Shown piece after piece: positions 18,319 to 28,233 of a DNA stretch of 64,000 nt; position 1 is the stretch's first letter, and each line of letters opens with the position of its first letter. The notes below the pieces were generated by a model. That model was given only the letters and a program-made list of their open reading frames with translations, was not told the origin of the DNA and did not search any database. Source of the stretch: Spirochaetia bacterium (GTDB lineage: Bacteria; Spirochaetota; Spirochaetia; DSM-2461); NCBI GenBank assembly GCA_963666985.2, contig CAXXIA010000002.1:2304001-2368000 (forward strand), in the 5' to 3' direction. The position numbers and the translations under genes were made by a program.

Positions 18319-19734
18319 ATGTGCCTAAGCAACTGGCTTGAAGATGGAACCCTGGATTTGGAAACGAAGGCTTTTTTAGCCAATACCAGTATGGAGATTC
18401 TCGGTGGTATTGTAATTATTGATGAAAATGGCCGGATTGTTTATATGAATGATAAGTATGCCGATTCCATGCAGATTGATAAGAGTACGGCACTCGGAAG
18501 AAATATCGGTGAAATCATTGAGAATACCGAGATGCTCAGTGTTCTTAATTCAGGAAGAACGGATATCGGAGTGCTTTACTCAAGGAATGACAACAATTTT
18601 ATTGTTAATCGTTTTCCTATAATAAAGGATAATAAAATAGTTGGAGAAATCGGGCATTCCACATTTGCTGATATATACGAACATGAGAAATTGAAAAAAA
18701 AGATCAATTATATAAAACGAGAGCTTAACTATTACAAATCCCGAGTAAAAGCGTCGACAACCGCCAAGTATAGCCTTGATGATATTGTTACTGAAAATGA
18801 AGATATGCTGGAACTGAAAAGATTGACGGCGAAAATTGCCTCTACAAGATCCACTGTATTGATTTCGGGGGAGAGCGGTACGGGAAAGGAACTCTTTGCT
18901 CATGCTGTCCATGCATTGAGCCCTCGTTCTCAGAATCCTTTCATTCGGATCAACTGTGCCGCAATACCCGATAATCTATTGGAATCGGAGCTTTTCGGTT
19001 ATGAAGAGGGCTCCTTTACCGGAGCTGTTAAAGGGGGTAAAAAGGGTCTCTTTGAGGAAGCTCACGGAGGTACGATCCTTTTGGATGAGGTTGATTCTCT
19101 GTCGGTCAATCTGCAATCAAAACTTCTTCGAACAATACAGGAACGCGAAATAAAGAAGATCGGAGGCATCAATACAATAAATATCGATATCAGATTTATC
19201 TTTACTACGAATAAAAGTCTTCAGGATATGGTTGATAAAGGGACTTTCCGAGAGGATCTGTATTATCGAATAAATGTTGTTAACCTTAAAATACCTCCTC
19301 TCCGCGAAAGGATGGATGATCTTTTATTGCTGGTGGATCGTTTAATTGAGAAACTGAACCATGAACTTGGAATGAATATCGTCGGTATTGAAAAAGAAGC
19401 GTTCAAACTGCTTTGCGGCTGGCGGTGGCCGGGAAATATCAGAGAACTGGAAAACTGTCTTGAGAGGGCCTTTAATTATGCTTTATGTGGTTCTTTAAAA
19501 AAGGATCATTTTGAATATCTGGTCAATCAGGATTCGGGACGTTTGCCCGCCGAAGAGGAGTCTGATAACTGCCTTTCTTTACGGGGAGTTAGAGCTTCTG
19601 CTGAAAGGGATACCATTATTCGGGTTTTGGAGCTGGTGAGGGGAAATAAAAAAAGGGCGGCTTCGATTCTTGAGATTGATCGAAGTGTTCTTTACGACAA
19701 AATCCATAAATATCGTATTGGCAAAATTGCTTAA
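18319..19734 (+). CDS. Sigma-54-dependent transcriptional activator (PAS + AAA+ + Fis HTH)
   Basis: Walker A 'GESGTGKE', 'ESELFGYEEGSFTGA' (GAFTGA variant), 'WPGNIRELEN', C-terminal HTH; N-terminal PAS-like region. Confidence 0.95.
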   Translation: MCLSNWLEDGTLDLETKAFLANTSMEILGGIVIIDENGRIVYMNDKYADSMQIDKSTALGRNIGEIIENTEMLSVLNSGRTDIGVLYSRNDNNFIVNRFPIIKDNKIVGEIGHSTFADIYEHEKLKKKINYIKRELNYYKSRVKASTTAKYSLDDIVTENEDMLELKRLTAKIASTRSTVLISGESGTGKELFAHAVHALSPRSQNPFIRINCAAIPDNLLESELFGYEEGSFTGAVKGGKKGLFEEAHGGTILLDEVDSLSVNLQSKLLRTIQEREIKKIGGINTINIDIRFIFTTNKSLQDMVDKGTFREDLYYRINVVNLKIPPLRERMDDLLLLVDRLIEKLNHELGMNIVGIEKEAFKLLCGWRWPGNIRELENCLERAFNYALCGSLKKDHFEYLVNQDSGRLPAEEESDNCLSLRGVRASAERDTIIRVLELVRGNKKRAASILEIDRSVLYDKIHKYRIGKIA

Positions 19735-19864
19735 TTCCGCCTTTGGGAAAAACGCTCTTATCGAACAGGGCCTTTTCGTTTATTTCCTTCCCGATAATCG
19801 GCCCGATTCGTTCGGAATGATTATCGAAGAGATCCCGGAGAAAACCGAGATCTCTTCGCAGGGA

Positions 19865-20338
19865 TCAGTTTTCCGTTAAGCTGACGATTTCGTCGACCGA
19901 AATAATCGCATCCAGATTCAAGATCATCGTCATGTCTTCTTTCATCCGCGCAATTCCCAGAAGATACTGCGACTTCATCTTTAAGCCCAAACGCGGTGTT
20001 TCTTCCATATCCTTATGAGTGATATCCACCACCTCACGAACCGAATCCACGGCAAGACCGAGATTATAGACTCCGGACTTCCCGATAACGTCCACGATAA
20101 TGAAAACCGTTTTGTCGTCGTAATCCACCTCGGGAAGCCCGAACTTACTACGAAGATCCAGCACCGGGATAATCTTTCCCCTGAGATTAATCACACCTTT
20201 GATATAATCCAGAGTCTTGCGCACCGGCGTAATCTTCTCGTGTCGGATGATTTCCCGCACCTTGATGATGGGAATCGCATACGATTCGGAAAGAATGGTG
20301 AAAATTAAATGTTTTTCGCTCTTCTGTATGTCACTCAT
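19865..20338 (-). CDS. cheW: Chemotaxis coupling protein CheW
   Basis: 'YAIPIIKVREI', 'GVINLRGKIIPVLDL', 'GLAVDSV'. Confidence 0.95.
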   Translation of the reverse strand: MSDIQKSEKHLIFTILSESYAIPIIKVREIIRHEKITPVRKTLDYIKGVINLRGKIIPVLDLRSKFGLPEVDYDDKTVFIIVDVIGKSGVYNLGLAVDSVREVVDITHKDMEETPRLGLKMKSQYLLGIARMKEDMTMILNLDAIISVDEIVSLTEN

Positions 20339-20340
20339 TT

Positions 20341-22263
20341 TTAAAACTCGCTGAATTCTTTTTCGAGAGGGATTTGTTCTTCCGCGCTGCCAAGATCGAT
20401 TCCGGTTCCGCCGACCGGGACTTTGAGTTTTTCTTTCTTCGGCTCTTTAACCTCCCGCTTATCGGACGGGCGGAGTGCACTTTCCCTTGAATATTCCGCG
20501 TTTTTTTCCGCCGCCCCCTGCCGTTCCGAACTTCCTTTAACGATGATGTTCAGCCGATCCACCACTCCGTTGAGGCCTTCGGCCTGGGCCAGCAGCTCCT
20601 CGCTGGCCGCGGCCGTCTCTTCGGCGCCGGCCGCCGTCTGCTGTACAACGGAGTTGGTTTGGGTAATCGCGCCCGTGATTTGATTGATGCCCTTCATCTG
20701 TTCCTTGGAAGCCCGATTCACCTCGTCGAGGAGCACGCTGACTTTTCCGGCCAGTTCACCCGCGGCGGCCTGGACTTCCAGAACTTCACTGCCGAGAGTC
20801 TCGCCTTTAACGGCGCTGTCGAGAGCATTCTCAATCAGTGAAGATGTTTCCTTCGCCGCTTCCGAACTTTTATGGGCCAATTCCTTCACTTGGTCGGCGA
20901 CTACCGCGAATCCCCGGCCGGCTTCTCCGGCCCGGGCGGCTTCCACGGCGGCGTTCAGCGCAAGGATGTTCGTCTGAAAGGCGATGTCCTCGATTACCTT
21001 GATGATCTTTTCTATTTTCCGGCTGTTCTCGCCGATTTCGTTGATCGCCGTCTTCAGTTCCACCATCTGAGCGGTTACTTTCTGGGCTCCCTCGTTGGTT
21101 TCTTTCATCATCAGTTCGCTCTGATTGATGTTTTTGGTGTTCAACTCAACCACGGACTGGAGTTCCTCCAGTGAGGAAGTAATTTCCTCGATGCTCGATG
21201 CCAGCGCCGAAGAGCCGCTGGAGAGTTCCTGGCTGGAAGAGGAAATCTGATAAGAGGCCGCTTCCAGGTTGTTCGATCCCGAGGCGAGGTTGTTGGTAAT
21301 CTTTGAAATAGGCCGGCCCACCATCAGCATGATTCCAAAGATCATGATGATTATGAGCGCCGCCAAAGACACGGCGCTGATGATCAGGATTTGGTTCCTC
21401 ATTCGGAGAGAAAGACCGACCAAATCCTTTTCGTCGATAGTGGCTGTGACAATCCAGGGCATGGATTCCAATTTCTGGAAAAACTGATACCTCATCAGTC
21501 CCTTTTGGCGATCGCTTTCATAGTAGACGAATCCGGACGTTTCCGAACTGGTAATGATGTCATGGATATAGGATGTGTTGCTGATATCTTTTCCGCATTC
21601 GTCGAGGGCTATCTCTTTTGCGATAAGATTCCCTCTGTCGTCGAACAGATACGCGTATCCAGATTCACCGTATTTTTCCGGAAAAATGTAGTCTTCGGAG
21701 AGTGCGATCATATCGAGGCTTGCAATCATGATTCCCGCGAACTTTCCGTTCACAACCACAGGCGCATATAAACTGAGAATGAAGGTTCCGTCATTCACCA
21801 TGTGCGGATACGGATCGATATAGCATGATGTACTCAGGGATGAAATCGGCTGCCAGCCGTCGTCTCCCGTTACGTTCATGCCGATGTATTTCTTCTTCGG
21901 ATAGCTTGCCACGATATTCCCATCGGCGTCGGCAAATTTCAAATTGTCGGCATTCACCAGGCCGCCAAAACTTGCTTCCGCAATCACCTGCAGCGCCGCT
22001 GCGGGATTCTTGTCCCGGTAAGCGCCGAGTATGGCCGTCTGCTGTGCCGCATGAGCTAAGCGGAGCTTGTAGACTTCGATAACCTGATCCATCTCCGCCC
22101 GCAGCAGTCGTGAGGACTGTTCCATATTCGCCCTCTGAGTTTCGGTGACTCCTTCCCTGATTTGACGGCTAACCAGCACCGTAATCAAACCCAGAACGAT
22201 AACGAACAGAATTACAACAATACCGATAATCTTTATCGACAATCCCATCGAACGTTTTTTCAT
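20341..22263 (-). CDS. Methyl-accepting chemotaxis protein with extracytoplasmic Cache-like sensor
   Basis: Two TM helices, '[10 protein letters not shown]' Cache motif, hairpin tip '[30 protein letters not shown]'. Confidence 0.95.
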   Translation of the reverse strand: MKKRSMGLSIKIIGIVVILFVIVLGLITVLVSRQIREGVTETQRANMEQSSRLLRAEMDQVIEVYKLRLAHAAQQTAILGAYRDKNPAAALQVIAEASFGGLVNADNLKFADADGNIVASYPKKKYIGMNVTGDDGWQPISSLSTSCYIDPYPHMVNDGTFILSLYAPVVVNGKFAGIMIASLDMIALSEDYIFPEKYGESGYAYLFDDRGNLIAKEIALDECGKDISNTSYIHDIITSSETSGFVYYESDRQKGLMRYQFFQKLESMPWIVTATIDEKDLVGLSLRMRNQILIISAVSLAALIIIMIFGIMLMVGRPISKITNNLASGSNNLEAASYQISSSSQELSSGSSALASSIEEITSSLEELQSVVELNTKNINQSELMMKETNEGAQKVTAQMVELKTAINEIGENSRKIEKIIKVIEDIAFQTNILALNAAVEAARAGEAGRGFAVVADQVKELAHKSSEAAKETSSLIENALDSAVKGETLGSEVLEVQAAAGELAGKVSVLLDEVNRASKEQMKGINQITGAITQTNSVVQQTAAGAEETAAASEELLAQAEGLNGVVDRLNIIVKGSSERQGAAEKNAEYSRESALRPSDKREVKEPKKEKLKVPVGGTGIDLGSAEEQIPLEKEFSEF

Positions 22264-22270
22264 CTTACCG

Positions 22271-22633
22271 CTACTCCTTAATGATCATTTTGATGACATT
22301 CATCAATTGCTTTTCGTTGAATGGTTTAATCATCCAGCCCGTTGCTCCGAGGCTCTTCGCCTTGGCCATCTTCGATTTGTCCGTTTCGGTTGTCAGCATT
22401 ACCACCGGTGTGGATGCGTCGAACTTCCGCAATTCTTCCAGCATCGTCAGACCGTCCATTACAGGCATGTTGATATCCAGGATGTACAGCCGAATCCCGC
22501 CCGACATCTCTTTGGCCTTTTCCAGCCCCGCCGCTCCGTTTTCGGCCTCCGCCACGTCGGTGTAGCTGTTCATTGTCAAAGCTTTCTTGATGACGTCCCG
22601 GCCGATCGCCGAATCGTCCACGATCAATATCAT
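22271..22633 (-). CDS. cheY: Single-domain response regulator, CheY-like
   Basis: 'LIVDDS', phosphoacceptor 'DINMPVMDG', 'MLTTE', 'KPF'. Confidence 0.9.
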   Translation of the reverse strand: MILIVDDSAIGRDVIKKALTMNSYTDVAEAENGAAGLEKAKEMSGGIRLYILDINMPVMDGLTMLEELRKFDASTPVVMLTTETDKSKMAKAKSLGATGWMIKPFNEKQLMNVIKMIIKE

Positions 22634-22645
22634 CCTTATTTCCCC

Positions 22646-24850
22646 CTACTGACTTGACTGCGCCTTTTTAATGAACTCGTCGATATCAACCACGAACCCT
22701 ATCGTTCCGTCGCCGAAAATCGTTCCCCCCGAAAACAGGTTCATCTCCCTGAGCACCTCGTTCAGACTCTTAATTACGATCTCCTGTTTCCCAATCACCT
22801 CGTCCACGGCGATTCCGTACAGCGAATCTTCATAGCTGATCAGAAGGATCACATACTCCCCGGCTTTCTTTTCCGTCATCCGGCCGCCGACGAGTTCTTC
22901 GGTGAAAATCACCGGGATATGACGTTCCTGGTCGTATAGGATTACTTCACCGTCTTCCATCCGGCGCACGTTTTCCCTGTTCGGCACCACGATGCCTTTG
23001 ATCAGATTGAACGAGAAGATATAGCGTTCTTCACCGACTCGGGTTACGAAGCCGTCGATAATCGCCAGAGTCAGAGGAAGACGAATCCGGAATGAAGTTC
23101 CTTCTTTTTCCTTGGAACGCACTTCCACCTTTCCGTGGATCTTCTCAAGGTTCATCTTCACAACATCCAGACCGACACCCCGGCCGGAAAGTTCGGTTAC
23201 CTTCTTTGCCGTGGAAAAACCGGGATTGAACATCAGCTCATAGCACAGCTTCTCGTCGGCCAGGTAACGCGTCTCGTCTTCTTTTTTTACAAGTTTTTTC
23301 TCTAGCGCTTTCTTCACGATTTCGCGGCGGTCGATGCCTTTCCCGTCGTCCCTCACGGTTACTTCGATTCCGTTACCCTTGTGCTCCGCCGTGATTGCAA
23401 TCCGTCCTACGGGATTCTTTCCCGAGACCTCCCTCTCTTCGGTTCCCTCCAGACCGTGATCCACCGCGTTGCGAACGATGTGCACCAGCGGATCGTGAAT
23501 CGCTTCGATGAGGTTTCGATCCAGCTCCGTATCCTCGCCCGTTATCGCCGTTTCCACCATTTTCCCCGTGTCTCTCGAAGCGTTGCGGATTACAACCCGG
23601 AGCTTGTTGAACACCTCCGCGATCGGAACCATGCCCATCGACAGCACGATGTTCTTGATGTTCGTCGTTATCTGATTCAGCTGATGAAGTTCCCTCTCCT
23701 GGACCTGAATCCCCGAGAGCACTTCCTCACGGATCATCGACTGGTTCACCACCAGTTCCCCGACCATGTCCACAAGGTCGTTCAGCCTTGCCGCGGCCAC
23801 CTTCACGTACGAAAACCGGTTCTTTTGCGCCGTCTGAACTCGAACCGCCCGCTCTATGTCTTCCTCGGCGAGCTCCTCTTCTTCTTCCAGGGCGATCTCG
23901 CCGAACCGGCGGTTCTCCGTTTTCTGCCGACTCAGGATTTCCCGGATTTTTCCGTTGTCGATTTTTCCCAGGTCGCTCAGGATTTCGCCGATTTTCTTCG
24001 TTCGCCGTTCGGCCGTGATTTTTCTGATTACCCGGACGATCGGACGGATGTCGATTCCGAGGAAGCTTTTAATAATCCTCTCCCTGTCGTAATCCGCCCC
24101 GTCGAACACCGCCGCCATGTCTTTGACGAAGCCGATGCTGTAGAACACGATGTCCACAAGCTCCGGGCTCACCGGAATCTCACCGTCCCGAACCAGGGCC
24201 AGCATGTTTTCGATGTAATGCGCCGTTTCCTCAAGGTTTTTTACCCCGAGGAACGCCGAGGAGCTTTTGATCGTATGGAAGCCTCGGAATATCGTGTTGA
24301 TGTTCTCCTGATTGTTCGGGTCGTATTCCAGCTCCAGCAGCGCGATCTGCACGTTTTCAAGGTGTTCGTGGATTTCCGATACGAACTTCCGGAGCATCTC
24401 AACATCTTCAATCAGTCCCTCGAACCATTCGGGCGTTACGATCAGTTCCGCGTCTTTCTCATCTTCTTTCGTATCTTCCTCCGCCTCTTTCTCCGATGTC
24501 GGGAAGAACTTACTCAGAACGGCGGCGGCATCTTCGGGATTGATGTTGTTTTTTTGCGACGCCCGAAGCAGGCGTTCTATTTCCGCGATGAATTCTTTCT
24601 GTGATTTCAGGACGACGAGGTTATTGAAGAAAGGGAGAATTATTTCGGAGATTTGCCCGAGAAGATCGTCTTTATGCGTTTCCGCAATGGATTGCAATCG
24701 AACCCCGATTGTTGAAAGAACGATGAGATTCCCTTCTTCGAAATTTTCAAGAAGAGGCCATAATTCCGCGATATCTCCGACTGTTTCCGAAACGTTTTTT
24801 GACTTTTTCATGCTACGGAACTCCTGTTGTTTCGCTTTTCTTATCGTCAT
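22646..24850 (-). CDS. cheA: Chemotaxis histidine kinase CheA with N-terminal extension and an MshEN-like segment
   Basis: Hpt 'FRGFHTIKSSS', dimerisation 'LVDMVGELV', 'HIVRNAVDHG', 'PGFSTA...SGRGVGLDVV', C-terminal CheW-like domain; exact start uncertain. Confidence 0.93.
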   Translation of the reverse strand: MTIRKAKQQEFRSMKKSKNVSETVGDIAELWPLLENFEEGNLIVLSTIGVRLQSIAETHKDDLLGQISEIILPFFNNLVVLKSQKEFIAEIERLLRASQKNNINPEDAAAVLSKFFPTSEKEAEEDTKEDEKDAELIVTPEWFEGLIEDVEMLRKFVSEIHEHLENVQIALLELEYDPNNQENINTIFRGFHTIKSSSAFLGVKNLEETAHYIENMLALVRDGEIPVSPELVDIVFYSIGFVKDMAAVFDGADYDRERIIKSFLGIDIRPIVRVIRKITAERRTKKIGEILSDLGKIDNGKIREILSRQKTENRRFGEIALEEEEELAEEDIERAVRVQTAQKNRFSYVKVAAARLNDLVDMVGELVVNQSMIREEVLSGIQVQERELHQLNQITTNIKNIVLSMGMVPIAEVFNKLRVVIRNASRDTGKMVETAITGEDTELDRNLIEAIHDPLVHIVRNAVDHGLEGTEEREVSGKNPVGRIAITAEHKGNGIEVTVRDDGKGIDRREIVKKALEKKLVKKEDETRYLADEKLCYELMFNPGFSTAKKVTELSGRGVGLDVVKMNLEKIHGKVEVRSKEKEGTSFRIRLPLTLAIIDGFVTRVGEERYIFSFNLIKGIVVPNRENVRRMEDGEVILYDQERHIPVIFTEELVGGRMTEKKAGEYVILLISYEDSLYGIAVDEVIGKQEIVIKSLNEVLREMNLFSGGTIFGDGTIGFVVDIDEFIKKAQSSQ

Positions 24851-25510
24851 GAACCATCAGGAGATCAATAATTTTTTACGTCCGCTATCTCGTTATATTA
24901 TAACAAATTGCAAAAATTGAACGAATGTTTTAGAAGCAAGTGATTGCTAATGGATTAAAGGATTTTTTTTATATATATTACGATTGTATATTCATCGGAA
25001 TATCAAATTAAGTTATTCATTTTTCTTTCAAGAATAATCTTAATTCGTCTAAACATTTATATTATAAAAGTTTATCTTTTCATGAATTTAAATAGAAGGA
25101 TATGTGATAAAATAGTGCTTGATTATTATTTTATCCGCCTGCCGTATGATTCATGAAGGAATATCCGGATGGAATTAATAAAAAAACCATTTTCGAATAA
25201 GAAATCAAACGAACAATATTAAGCCTTTTCTTGAAAATATTTTTGTATTTTTTCAGATTATAGAAAGTTGGAAAATTCAAAAATGTCGCAGTTTTCGTCC
25301 GAAAAGACGGGCGGTGAGGATGAGATTTCCTGTGAATATCGGCCTCTTTTCATCGAACGGATCGGTTTTCTCATCAGCCCGAATCGATGGCGAGGACCTT
25401 TTTTAATCCGCGGCGGACGGAAGAAGCCTTAGGCTAAGAAAAAAACTTTCGGGTCGGTCCTATTGGGGGGGGGCGGAGAAAAATGGAGTCCGTATCATTA
25501 TCTTTATATT

Positions 25511-26224
25511 ATGAGAATCTGGGACATCTCTCCGGGGTACTTAAACAGGCAGAGCCTTCTGGGAGAGCATCGGGAATTGCACGGGCTGATGAACATCATC
25601 GTTCTAGGGAAGAAAGGGTATTCGCGGCATCCGGAAACCCTTCGGTGGATTTCTTATCCGGCCGCGCTCGCCTTCAGGCACCGTCAGCTTGCCGCGGAGA
25701 TGGCTCTGCGGGGGTACACGGACCAATCACCGGTTCCTGATTTTCCGATGCCGGAAGGTCCGCGGGAATGGCCGCCTGGTTACATCGACTCGCCGGGAGA
25801 TCAATACCGAATCCTTAAAGAGAAATACCGGGACAAGGAAGAAGGGCGAATTCCCCTGCCGGAGAACGCTCAGCAGATGTGGGCGCAGCATAAATACTCC
25901 ATCCTCGCAAGAGATCAGGAAGAATACCGGAGGCTTGGCCGCATGGTTTCAGAGCCGGAAGATGAGGATACATGGATGGAACTCGCCGAAACTTTGGTAA
26001 CCCTGATGCGCGTTCCTCCTTCAGCCGGCGGTATTCGTAATGCGCTTTTTCATATGTGGGGATACGTGAATGATTCGGACGGGAACGGCGGCCGTGAGGA
26101 GATATTGGATTCGCCGAACCTCCTTCTTGGTGAAATCCAACGCCGGATAAGGCTTCAGCCCCAGGAATATCTTTTGGCTTCGACGGCGCTCAGCGATCTG
26201 GGTACCTGGAATGAGCGAACATAA
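25511..26224 (+). CDS. Pyrimidine-dimer DNA glycosylase (T4 endonuclease V-like) domain fused to a DUF1722-like domain
   Basis: N-terminus 'MRIWD...LLGEHRELH', 'HPETLRW', 'EMALRGY'; C-terminal 'NALFHMWGY'. Confidence 0.7.
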   Translation: MRIWDISPGYLNRQSLLGEHRELHGLMNIIVLGKKGYSRHPETLRWISYPAALAFRHRQLAAEMALRGYTDQSPVPDFPMPEGPREWPPGYIDSPGDQYRILKEKYRDKEEGRIPLPENAQQMWAQHKYSILARDQEEYRRLGRMVSEPEDEDTWMELAETLVTLMRVPPSAGGIRNALFHMWGYVNDSDGNGGREEILDSPNLLLGEIQRRIRLQPQEYLLASTALSDLGTWNERT

Positions 26225-26271
26225 TAAGCACCGAAAGAGTAAAAAAATTCGATTAACGATATAATTCCGCC

Positions 26272-26739
26272 ATGGGAAAAACGAACGCGGTAAGAATGCT
26301 GGAACACGGCAATATTCCTTTCAAGCTGAAAGAGTATGAAGCGGACGAATCGGATCTGAGCGCCGTCGCCGTCGCGTCCAAAGCGGGAATCGATATAGAC
26401 CGGGTTTTTAAAACGCTGGTGCTGCGAAGTTCCTCCGGTGATATCTTCGTGTGCGTGATTCCCGGGGCCTGCGAGCTGAATCTGAAGAAAGCCGCCCTGG
26501 CCGCGGGAGCCAAGAAGGCCGATTTGGTTCCGGTTAAGGAAATCCTATCTTTGACCGGCTATATCCGGGGCGGCTGTTCCCCGGTGGGCATGAAGAAGAG
26601 TTACCCCACTTACTTTGATGAAACCTGCCTGCTTTTCGAGGAGATTTACGTCAGCGCCGGAATCCGGGGACTGCAGCTTATCATTTCTCCCGATGATCTG
26701 CTAAAAGCCGTCGGGGGCCGGGCCGCCGATTTGGTGTAG
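26272..26739 (+). CDS. ybaK: Cys-tRNA(Pro) deacylase YbaK
   Basis: 'KTNAVRML', 'VFKTLV', 'TGYIRGGCSPVG', 'VSAGIRG'. Confidence 0.93.
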   Translation: MGKTNAVRMLEHGNIPFKLKEYEADESDLSAVAVASKAGIDIDRVFKTLVLRSSSGDIFVCVIPGACELNLKKAALAAGAKKADLVPVKEILSLTGYIRGGCSPVGMKKSYPTYFDETCLLFEEIYVSAGIRGLQLIISPDDLLKAVGGRAADLV

Positions 26740-26754
26740 AGGGTTAAAACGACT

Positions 26755-27960
26755 TTAAGAGATGTTTTTCTTTCGCTGAAAGAACGTAAAGAAAACGATA
26801 GTCACCGCCGCAAGAGAGAGAAAAACGAACATGGCGAAGAATACGGCATTGATGCTGAAGTGATTACTGATGAAGGAACCCGCCAAGGGAGCCGCGAACC
26901 AGCCGAGATTCCCTACCGTTGTTTGGATTCCGAACATCAAACCTTGCTTTTTCGCCGGAACATTGCCGATGATTTCCGACTGAAGAAGAGGTTCTATTCC
27001 GCCCATGAAAAATGTGGCCAAGATAAAAAAAGCCGAGAAGCCGAAAAGACTTTGCATTAAGAAAACCGGGAATGTGATGATTGCGGAAATCGCCACCAAT
27101 ATGGAAATCATCTTTAATTTGTTATACCGATCTCCCAATCGGACAATGGTAACCGAAGCCAATGCCGTAACGGCTCCCCGTGCGAAGGAAATGAAACCCG
27201 TGGTTGAGGCCGCCCCATCAACCGTTCCTAAGAAATCTTGGATATACAGCGGGATGAACGGAATGGGCAGAATTCGGGAAAAGCGAAGAATCAGTATGAT
27301 GAAAAGAGCACCGACTATTGAGAATGTGACCAGACGTCCGTTTTCATTACCGGAAGCTTCATTATTTATGTTCCGTCCATCTTCGGAAACCTTGTTTTCC
27401 TTGATTGTGAACAGCACCAGGAAGAAACCGGCCGCGAGAATGGCCGCTCCAATCATGAAGCTCGGACGATATCCCAAATACTCCGCGGCGATTCCGCCGA
27501 ATAAGGGGCCGATTGAAATCCCGATGAAATTGGATGATGAGAGTATGCCCAGCGCATAGCTGAGTTTGTCTTTCGGTGTTCCGGCGGAAACGAGTGCGGC
27601 CGCGGCGGTAATCGTTCCCGTAAGAAATCCTTGAAGCAGCCGTAAGATAAAAACAAAGGTTACCGAATGGGCGAAGCTCAGGCATGCAAGAATAATCGCT
27701 CCGAAAAACATGGCCCGCAAAAGCATGATTTTCTTTCCGATATGGTCGGCAAGGTTTCCCCAAATGGGAGCCATGACGGCCATGCTTAAAGCCGGGGCGC
27801 TGGCCATAATCCCCGTCCATAAGTTAATCCTCGACGTATCCGTTACGCCCAGTTCCTGAATGAAATAAGGGAGGAACGGCAGACCGAAATTAAATCCCGA
27901 CAGGCTGAGAATTTGTGCGATCCAGATAATCCAGAGATTTCGGCGCCAGTTGTTGCTCAT
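26755..27960 (-). CDS. MFS multidrug-efflux-type transporter (MdtG/DHA1-like)
   Basis: 'WRRNLWIIW', 'PFLPYFI', motif A 'WGNLADHIGKKIMLLR'; start at 27960 behind AGGAG. Confidence 0.85.
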   Translation of the reverse strand: MSNNWRRNLWIIWIAQILSLSGFNFGLPFLPYFIQELGVTDTSRINLWTGIMASAPALSMAVMAPIWGNLADHIGKKIMLLRAMFFGAIILACLSFAHSVTFVFILRLLQGFLTGTITAAAALVSAGTPKDKLSYALGILSSSNFIGISIGPLFGGIAAEYLGYRPSFMIGAAILAAGFFLVLFTIKENKVSEDGRNINNEASGNENGRLVTFSIVGALFIILILRFSRILPIPFIPLYIQDFLGTVDGAASTTGFISFARGAVTALASVTIVRLGDRYNKLKMISILVAISAIITFPVFLMQSLFGFSAFFILATFFMGGIEPLLQSEIIGNVPAKKQGLMFGIQTTVGNLGWFAAPLAGSFISNHFSINAVFFAMFVFLSLAAVTIVFFTFFQRKKNIS

Positions 27961-28233
27961 GCTATCTCCTATGGTTTTCGGCCCGTATTTTTTTATAAGA
28001 GACACAACCAAGGATGAAGCGAGGTAACAAAATGTGCCTTAATACAAATAACGGAAGTGGAAAATTACTTAATTCTGAATGAAATAACCATATTCTTTCA
28101 AGCCGCCGGCTGTTCGGATCCTATCGGGAAGAATGAAAATATCCTTATTTCTGTAAACGGCCGTGAGTTGAGTGTATTTTATGTCCGCCTCTTGTATCTT
28201 TGAGAAGACTTCCATCGAATCCGGAGCCTGCTT

